Under the pieces are notes generated by a model. It worked only from the letters and a program-made list of their open reading frames with translations, was not told the DNA's origin and did no database searches. DNA of 64,000 bases, from NCBI GenBank assembly GCA_046348545.1, contig JAXMEB010000006.1, positions 50,163 through 114,162 on the forward strand, in the 5' to 3' direction. Position 1 is the stretch's first letter; each line of letters starts with the position of its first letter. Below, in pieces: positions 58,287-64,000 of this stretch. The position numbers and the translations under genes are program-made. The DNA comes from Gammaproteobacteria bacterium (GTDB lineage Bacteria > Pseudomonadota > Gammaproteobacteria > Berkiellales > Berkiellaceae).

Positions 58287-58832
58287 ATGAATATGAAAAA
58301 TAGATTCTTTTTCAAGGGACTATTGGTATCATTAGCACTTGTACCTACAATGGTTTGGGCGGAAAGCGCAGGTGATGTGGGAGAAAGTTTGTTTGAACCT
58401 ACGCTCATTGCTACGCGTTTAGCCATTTTTGCATGTTATATTATTGGCGTAGGCCTTATTTTAGGCGCAGGTGTGCAGTATAAACAGCATCGACAATCTC
58501 CTAAATTAACACCGCTTACGACCCCACTTTTATTGTTTCTTTTAGGGATTGGGTTGGTACTGTTGCCTTATTTCTCTACTGTGACGACGCATTCTTATAG
58601 TGCGATTGAACAAGAGAAGCGAGACAACCCATATTCTGATCCTCAGGCCGGGCGATTGCCTTTACCACCGATCGGGGGGCAACAACAAACTGAAGGTGGA
58701 GATGAATATCAACGAGAGGGTGATGAATCCTCTCGAATCTATGATGATCCCGATGAGAGCCACTGGGGTAATGATCCCGCTTATCAAGATGGTGGTGGGC
58801 ATTGGGGTAATGATCCGGAATATAATCAGTAG
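58287..58832 (+). CDS. small exported two-TM protein with an acidic repeat tail (T4SS pilin / IcmD-like topology)
   Basis: Signal peptide ..LVPTMVWA-ES, two hydrophobic helices separated by the basic loop YKQHRQSPK, and a tail with duplicated HWGNDP(A/E)Y. Confidence 0.6.
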   Translation: MNMKNRFFFKGLLVSLALVPTMVWAESAGDVGESLFEPTLIATRLAIFACYIIGVGLILGAGVQYKQHRQSPKLTPLTTPLLLFLLGIGLVLLPYFSTVTTHSYSAIEQEKRDNPYSDPQAGRLPLPPIGGQQQTEGGDEYQREGDESSRIYDDPDESHWGNDPAYQDGGGHWGNDPEYNQ

Positions 58833-58957
58833 TGAATCCTTTATCCACTCGTTACCGCGCTTTATGCGCGGTATCTAGGGCGTGTCCCTAAAGTTTCAAC
58901 CACACAAGTATTGCGACGACAGTTAATGCTGCCATGAACATTACTTTTGTTTTATCA

Positions 58958-59085
58958 TATACCCTTCACACCTGAATTTTCGGGGTTGTTGCCTTCGTGA
59001 TTCTCACCGCAGTCATGTACTTTATGTACACTCCTGCGACTCGAACGCTCGGCGCCTACCCGAAAAATCATCTGTTGTGGGTATA
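58958..59085 (-). mobile_element. family-1 128-bp MITE, full copy
   Basis: TATACCCTTCACACC...CTGTTGTGGGTATA. Aligns with the other copies. Confidence 0.85.
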
Positions 59086-59121
59086 GCTAATATATATACA
59101 AAGAAATCAGGCATGGTATAG

Positions 59122-59178
59122 TTTTGTTTCTGGATTCCCGCTTTCGCCGTGCCTACGCTAAAGCTTCGGCAGACTCGC
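59122..59178. repeat. GGAAT/ATTCC-capped palindrome
   Basis: GGATTCCCGC...GCCTACGCTAAAGCT...GCGGGAATGACG. Confidence 0.7.
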
Positions 59179-59202
59179 GGGAATGACGACCTAAATGTGA
59201 TT

Positions 59203-61056
59203 TTAATTACACGTAGCAGCACTTGCAACTTTAGGGACACGCCCTAGGTGACACGGATGAGCGGCGGCACTAGGGCTATTCATTGATAACTGTCTTAGTC
59301 GATCAACGATCTCTTTTTCTTCTTGAGCCATCTGGCCGTTTTGATCTTTCAAAGCATCAAACTGTAGTGTTAATGATGGCGAAGGTTCGAAGCCAGGTGT
59401 TATTTCAGAAGAAATATTTTGACTTGAGCTGCTTTGACCAACAAGTAAAAGCGCTCCATTTAAATCAGCAGCTTGCCTTGTTAAGGTGACGATTTGTTTT
59501 CTGAGTGTAGCCACTTCGTGAGCATGTTTTGATTCTAATTCAGCCAGTACTTGTTCGTATCGTGCAATCGAAAAATCCAGGTGTTCGATTCGTTTGATTT
59601 GATTTTTGCAGGTATCTTTTAGAGTATCGATTTCTTCTAGAGCACTCTGCACTTGCTTTGTCAATTTAGCATTTTTTTCGCGCTCTTTCCTGACTTGGAT
59701 TACTTGAAGGTCCTTCCAGCCACGTTCCATTTCTTCATTATTTTGAGATTGAAGCAAGACTGATTCTGTTGTTTTTAACAGCCCATTGAGCCTTTTGTTT
59801 TGTTCTTGCAGTGCGAATTGCTTTTGTTTCAGATCTGCTAATTCAGACTCAAGTTCAATCGCTTTTTGAAGCAGATCAGGATAGCGTTTATGAGTTTCTT
59901 TTGCGTCGCTTGGGCTGGCATATTCGATGGCCAGTGGTGGTAGATTACGATTCAGTAATCTATCTAATAATGACCTGGGTTGATAAATAGCGTTTGACGA
60001 AGTGGGGGACTGCAAAGAGGAGGTTGAGTTGCTCAGAGATGGCATCTGAGTTGGTGTCGAAGATAGAACGATTTCAGTTGGTCCACCAGGTGTGATTTGA
60101 TCATCGGTTAGTGAGATAGTTTGTGCCAACATTTGATCAGATGCTTGTAAGGGCCAAAGTTGGATCCCTTTTTCTAGAGCTACTAGCGATTCACTCGAAA
60201 GACTGTCATCTGCTATTTGATTGGCCAACAGTTCAAGTTCGACTTTAAAAGTGATGCCATATCCGAGCGTTTCGCTAAATTCGATTGTGCTGACCAGTGT
60301 ATTAGAGAATTTTAGGATTTGAGATTTTAATTCTATTAGATCGCGTTTCTCTAATAGTGAATCAAATATTTCCTTTTTAAATTGACTAACCTGCTGAGCC
60401 CAGCTTCCTGAATAAGTATTTAATTTGTCTGAGATGGAAATGTAATGATAGTAGAAATTACAGATTGATTTCAGAGATTTGCTTAACGCATGTTCCGCTG
60501 TTTCTGAGTCTACACTAGATAATTCCATTGCAAATTTTTGTATAGCCTCTAGGATTTGATCTAATTTTGATTGATCACGAACATGAGGAAATTGTTTATA
60601 GAGGAATGTTTGTAATTTATCCGCGATTTTTTCATTACTATTACTTTTTACAAATTGCACAGCATCTTCAATGTTGATTTTGACACGGTTTTCAAATTGA
60701 GCAATACCTTCATCGCCAGATAATTTTAGCATCTCACCTTGTAGGTGATAAGCGCCTGCCAACAGGGCACGAATTTTACCTTCAGGCATACTATCGCCTG
60801 GTTCAAGCGTGAGAGTAAAATCCTCATAAGCTTGAAGCAGCTGCCGCCATTTTTCAGAGGTGATGACCCAGGGGAGTGTTATTTCAAGAAATGTGATGCA
60901 CTTTGGTTTAAATGCAGCATCATGTCTTCCAACATAAACATGGATAAGGTCGCTAACAGTGTCCTCTAGTCTGATTAAAATGGTATTTGTCTTATCATCG
61001 GCATTAGAATTATTTTGTAAGATCGTTCCAGTCATTTGTCTCTCCAACCAATCCAT
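59203..61056 (-). CDS. 617-aa coiled-coil protein, function unknown (effector-like)
   Basis: Long heptad-like region (..ELESELADLKQKQFALQEQNKRL..AELESKHAHEVATLRKQI..) and an S/T/P-rich linker. The last ~15 codons lie inside the 21-bp-TIR element. Confidence 0.7.
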   Translation of the reverse strand: MDWLERQMTGTILQNNSNADDKTNTILIRLEDTVSDLIHVYVGRHDAAFKPKCITFLEITLPWVITSEKWRQLLQAYEDFTLTLEPGDSMPEGKIRALLAGAYHLQGEMLKLSGDEGIAQFENRVKINIEDAVQFVKSNSNEKIADKLQTFLYKQFPHVRDQSKLDQILEAIQKFAMELSSVDSETAEHALSKSLKSICNFYYHYISISDKLNTYSGSWAQQVSQFKKEIFDSLLEKRDLIELKSQILKFSNTLVSTIEFSETLGYGITFKVELELLANQIADDSLSSESLVALEKGIQLWPLQASDQMLAQTISLTDDQITPGGPTEIVLSSTPTQMPSLSNSTSSLQSPTSSNAIYQPRSLLDRLLNRNLPPLAIEYASPSDAKETHKRYPDLLQKAIELESELADLKQKQFALQEQNKRLNGLLKTTESVLLQSQNNEEMERGWKDLQVIQVRKEREKNAKLTKQVQSALEEIDTLKDTCKNQIKRIEHLDFSIARYEQVLAELESKHAHEVATLRKQIVTLTRQAADLNGALLLVGQSSSSQNISSEITPGFEPSPSLTLQFDALKDQNGQMAQEEKEIVDRLRQLSMNSPSAAAHPCHLGRVPKVASAATCN

Positions 61057-61205
61057 CCATTATATTGGCTGCAAGACTACCCTTGTTTGTTCCTGACTAG
61101 TCAAACCACATAGAAAAAATCAATATTTTTTTATTAGCTATTTGTCGAGACCAAAAAAAATCAGTAAAATGGAGCAGCTTGGTCGAGCTGAGTCTGTGTG
61201 AATTG

Positions 61206-61294
61206 TTATCCACAAAATTATTCACAGGGATTTTCCTATCTATTTCCAGATACTTAGGCAGTAAATGCCAAAGATATGCACCATCTTATCCACA
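61206..61294 (+). promoter_or_regulatory. cluster of DnaA-box consensus sequences
   Basis: TTATCCACA at 61206-61214 and 61286-61294 (perfect) and TTATTCACA at 61218-61226 (8/9), all in the same orientation, in the intergenic region between bepA and the 617-aa gene. Confidence 0.5.
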
Positions 61295-61297
61295 GCT

Positions 61298-62737
61298 TTA
61301 TTTCGTGTCGTTGAGCCAACGTTTGATTTCGGTGATTCTGGCGTTGATTTGAGCGGCTTCTCTAGGATCTTTATTAGGAAGTTTGCTTGCAAATTCAAGT
61401 TGTTTAAGGGCTGTTTTTAGATCGCCGAGTGACAAATGATATTCAGCTTGAGCCATATGCGCAAATTGAGGTTGTTTGGTTGCTGAATAAGCTTGTGCCA
61501 ATAAGCGATAAGTTTCGGGTTTAGGAAACAGGAGGGCATGATGATTCAGTAGAACAACAGTTTGTTTGGCATCACCGGTTTGGAGCAATCGTTGAGCATA
61601 AGCGAGGGTGAGAGCATGGTTGCGGGGATGATTGCTTAAAGCATTTGCCAAGCGTTGTTTTGCTTCGAGTCGTTTACCGGTTGCATATTCTGCGTCTGAC
61701 AGTGCCAATTGAAAGAGGCTTTGATTGGGGTATTGCTCGGTCAGTGAGTTTAAAAGTTGTAGGGCTTTATGTTCGTCGCCCGATGCAAGTAATGCTAATG
61801 CGTAACCATATTGTGCGCTCGATTCATTTGCGTATGTTTTGCTGTCGAGTTGTTTTTTAAAATAAGTGCGTGCTTGGCCAGCGCTATTTAAGCTCATCGC
61901 CTGTATGCGTGCTTTAATCAGATGATAGCTTTGACTGTCCGGTACTTGTCGATACGGGTAATTCGCAGCCCTTTCCCTTGCTGCAATCAAGCGAGATTCG
62001 GTTAAGGGGTGGGTTCGTAAAAATTCAGGCATGCTCCCATTGTCGTAGTATCTCGTGCTTTGTCCCATTCTCTGGAAGAATGATGGCATGCCTTGTGGAT
62101 CAAACCCCGCTTTTGCTAGAGCTTCCATTCCCATTGCGTCGGCTTCTTTTTCGTTTTCACGTGTGAAGTTGATCATAGATTGAGCACTGCCGGCGAGTGT
62201 CGCGGCTAATGCGCCGGTGCCAGCTTCAACATTTTGAGTTGAAATAATCGCTGCAGCAATGAGCCCAGCAACACTAGCCATGGTGACTTGTCCGCCGCGT
62301 TGATACATCCGAGCGATATGATGCTGGCTGACGTGGCTAACCTCATGTGCTAACACGGCAGCCAGTTCGCTTTCAGATGTGGAAGCCAGCACTAAGCCCA
62401 TGTTTACGCCAATGAAACCGCCTGGTAAAGCAAATGCGTTGATAGCATTATCTTTGACGCCAAAAAAGTAATAAGGATAGGCTTCTTCCTCATTGAGTGT
62501 GGCAACAAGTCGGTATCCTATTTCATTGAGATAGCTATTGACGACCTCATCGTCTGATAACTCCAAGGCGTTTCTGAGTTCGTTTAAGACGCTCTGACCG
62601 AGTCTCCGCTCTTCAAGTGGACTTAAGGATGCAAATGAGGGTTGTCCTAGATCGGGCAAGTTAGAGGCAAATACCGAAAAACTAGTCAGTATAAAAACTA
62701 ATTTTAGGGGTAATCGGTAGCGTAAAATCAATTTCAT
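61298..62737 (-). CDS. bepA: M48 metalloprotease with TPR domain (BepA/YfgC-like)
   Basis: Signal peptide, HEVSH zinc motif (LAHEVSHVSQHH), C-terminal TPR-like repeats. Start trimmed to MKLILRYRL... Confidence 0.85.
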   Translation of the reverse strand: MKLILRYRLPLKLVFILTSFSVFASNLPDLGQPSFASLSPLEERRLGQSVLNELRNALELSDDEVVNSYLNEIGYRLVATLNEEEAYPYYFFGVKDNAINAFALPGGFIGVNMGLVLASTSESELAAVLAHEVSHVSQHHIARMYQRGGQVTMASVAGLIAAAIISTQNVEAGTGALAATLAGSAQSMINFTRENEKEADAMGMEALAKAGFDPQGMPSFFQRMGQSTRYYDNGSMPEFLRTHPLTESRLIAARERAANYPYRQVPDSQSYHLIKARIQAMSLNSAGQARTYFKKQLDSKTYANESSAQYGYALALLASGDEHKALQLLNSLTEQYPNQSLFQLALSDAEYATGKRLEAKQRLANALSNHPRNHALTLAYAQRLLQTGDAKQTVVLLNHHALLFPKPETYRLLAQAYSATKQPQFAHMAQAEYHLSLGDLKTALKQLEFASKLPNKDPREAAQINARITEIKRWLNDTK

Positions 62738-62870
62738 CAAAACAGTATAAGAGGCAAGAGGGTCGGGTGACAATCATTCAAGCATGGTGGACTCTCGGGG
62801 TTTTCGGGGATGTATTTTTTTCATCCCCCTGCAACCCTTGTAAAGCTGTTATCAACGCATGGCGTGAATC

Positions 62871-64000
62871 TCAAAGTACTTCAATCGCATAATCAGATAA
62901 ACGAGAACGCTCGCCTCGTGTGAGCGTCACATGTGCGCTATGTGGCCAATGTTGAAATTGGCTGATGACATAAGTTAACCCTGAGGTGGTTTCCGTGAGA
63001 TAGGGGGTGTCGATCTGATTGATGTTCCCTAAGCAAACGATCTTAGTGCCAGGGCCTGCACGTGTGACGAGCGTTTGCATCTGTTTAGGGGTTAAATTTT
63101 GAGCCTCATCAATGATAATGAATTTATTTAAAAATGTTCTACCGCGCATGAAGTTGAGCGAACGGATTCGGATCCGATGTTGGTAAAGCTCCTCGGCAGC
63201 GGTATGATCCCAACCTTCTAAGCCATCTTGTCCTAAGACTTCGAGGTTATCCATTAGGGCACCCATCCAGGGCGTCATTTTTTCTTCTTCAGTGCCGGGT
63301 AAAAATCCAATATCTTCACCCACCGGAACGGTTACGCGCGTGACAATAATCTCGCGATAGCGGTTAGACTTTAAGGTCTGTTCCAAACCTGCAGCGAGTG
63401 TCAGCAATGTTTTACCTGTGCCTGCTGCACCCACAATAGTTACAAAATCAATATTGGGATCGAGCAGGAAATTCATTGCAAAATTTTGTTCGCGGTTACG
63501 TGCGTTGATCCCCCAAACCTTATTTTTAGGTTTTCGATAGTCTCGGACGTATTCGATATGCGCACAGTCACCTTCTATTTTGCGAACGATAGCTTCAAAG
63601 TCTGAGTCTTCATTAGCAAATAAACAAGCGTTAGGTCGCCAGCTTCCAACCGAAGGACCACTCACTTGATAGTAAGTACGACCATCTTCTTGCCAAGCAT
63701 TCATTTTTTGTCCATGCTTTTCCCAGAAATCACCCTCTATAATGAAGGTTCCACTATAGACTAAGGTCGTATCGTCAACCAATCGATCGCTATAATAATC
63801 TTCTGCATTCACACCCAGTACAGCAGCTTTAATTCTAAGATTAATATCCTTTGAAACCAGAGTGACTTCTATATCCGGATGTTTAGCTTGCAAGGCAAGC
63901 GTTGTCGCTAAGATTGAGTTATCTGGTTTATTGCCTGGCAGTGTTTCAGGTAAGAGCATTGGGAGCTCTTCATTTTGGAAAAATAACTTGCCAGAGGGTT
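62871..64000 (-). CDS. PIN-domain + PhoH-like ATPase (5' end outside window)
   Basis: Walker A GAAGTGKT, ..FIIIDEAQNLTP.. and upstream PIN-like ..VTLVSKDINLRIKA... The frame remains open to the window edge beyond the Met at 63959. Confidence 0.85.
   Translation of the reverse strand, partial: PSGKLFFQNEELPMLLPETLPGNKPDNSILATTLALQAKHPDIEVTLVSKDINLRIKAAVLGVNAEDYYSDRLVDDTTLVYSGTFIIEGDFWEKHGQKMNAWQEDGRTYYQVSGPSVGSWRPNACLFANEDSDFEAIVRKIEGDCAHIEYVRDYRKPKNKVWGINARNREQNFAMNFLLDPNIDFVTIVGAAGTGKTLLTLAAGLEQTLKSNRYREIIVTRVTVPVGEDIGFLPGTEEEKMTPWMGALMDNLEVLGQDGLEGWDHTAAEELYQHRIRIRSLNFMRGRTFLNKFIIIDEAQNLTPKQMQTLVTRAGPGTKIVCLGNINQIDTPYLTETTSGLTYVISQFQHWPHSAHVTLTRGERSRLSDYAIEVL

Larger units (their letters stand above)
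58875..59247. mobile_element. 373-bp segment bounded by perfect 21-bp inverted repeats (composite MITE)
   Basis: CTAGGGCGTGTCCCTAAAGTT (58875-58895) and its exact reverse complement (59227-59247). Contains a family-1 MITE and a capped palindrome. Confidence 0.75.

Noticed and set aside
59022-59240. 72-aa ORF ending ..SGRRRAFESQECT*
   Set aside because: It lies entirely within MITE and palindrome sequence and overlaps the 3' end of the 617-aa gene. It is a translation artefact of repeats. The same peptide tail appears in ORF 31915..32142 over the truncated MITE.
61057-61297. Chromosomal oriC
   Set aside because: There are only three DnaA boxes, I could not see an obvious 13-mer AT-rich DUE repeat array, and the flanking genes (bepA, orphan gene) are not typical origin neighbours. 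I kept it as a DnaA-box cluster finding instead.

Overview
This is a 64-kb chromosomal window from an AT-rich gammaproteobacterium. All calls come from reading the supplied ORF translations and the DNA by eye; no searches were run. Layout: (i) 1-8.7 kb is a decaying accessory region next to tRNA-Pro(CGG). It holds a frameshifted IS4-family element, an IS200/IS605 element (intact tnpA, frameshifted tnpB), an ankyrin-repeat gene remnant, IS66 fragments, an IS30 transposase and orphan ORFs. (ii) 8.8-19 kb is a housekeeping block: ispB / rplU-rpmA-obgE / rpsT / murJ-ribF-ileS-lspA-ispH. (iii) 19.1-35.9 kb is the type IV pilus minor-pilin region on the minus strand: pilS-pilR-fimT-fimU-[pilV-pilW-pilX-pilY1]-small ORF-[pilV-pilW-pilX-pilY1]-pilE. 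The minor-pilin/PilY1 module is therefore present twice in tandem as divergent paralogues. (iv) 36-45.9 kb is aspS-yebC-ruvCAB-ybgC-tolQRAB-pal-cpoB followed by tRNA-Lys(UUU). Blocks ii-iv are ordered as in Pseudomonas aeruginosa. (v) 46-52.3 kb, after tRNA-Lys, holds three tandem paralogous outer-membrane-protein genes, an orphan P-loop ATPase with a nuclease-like C-terminus, a nest of MITEs and a mazEF-type toxin-antitoxin pair. (vi) 52.3-64 kb holds a permease-yhhQ-tgt operon, an ABC-F ATPase, three orphan genes (one small T4SS-pilin/IcmD-like membrane protein, one 617-aa coiled-coil protein), bepA and a PIN-PhoH gene. The accessory content (ankyrin repeats, IcmD-like protein, Legionella-MOMP-like porins) suggests a Legionellales/Coxiellaceae-type lineage, but that is inference only. 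The most unusual signal is a 128-bp TA-flanked palindromic MITE family with 4 copies. One copy is inserted in-frame inside the essential ileS gene and adds about 42 aa to IleS, as Rickettsia palindromic elements do. Other points: further MITE/palindrome families with nested insertions, one of which rewrites the 3' end of a gene; a cluster of consensus DnaA boxes; and both IS transposase frameshifts lying in poly-A runs. I saw no rRNA, CRISPR array, integrase or known defence operon other than mazEF.
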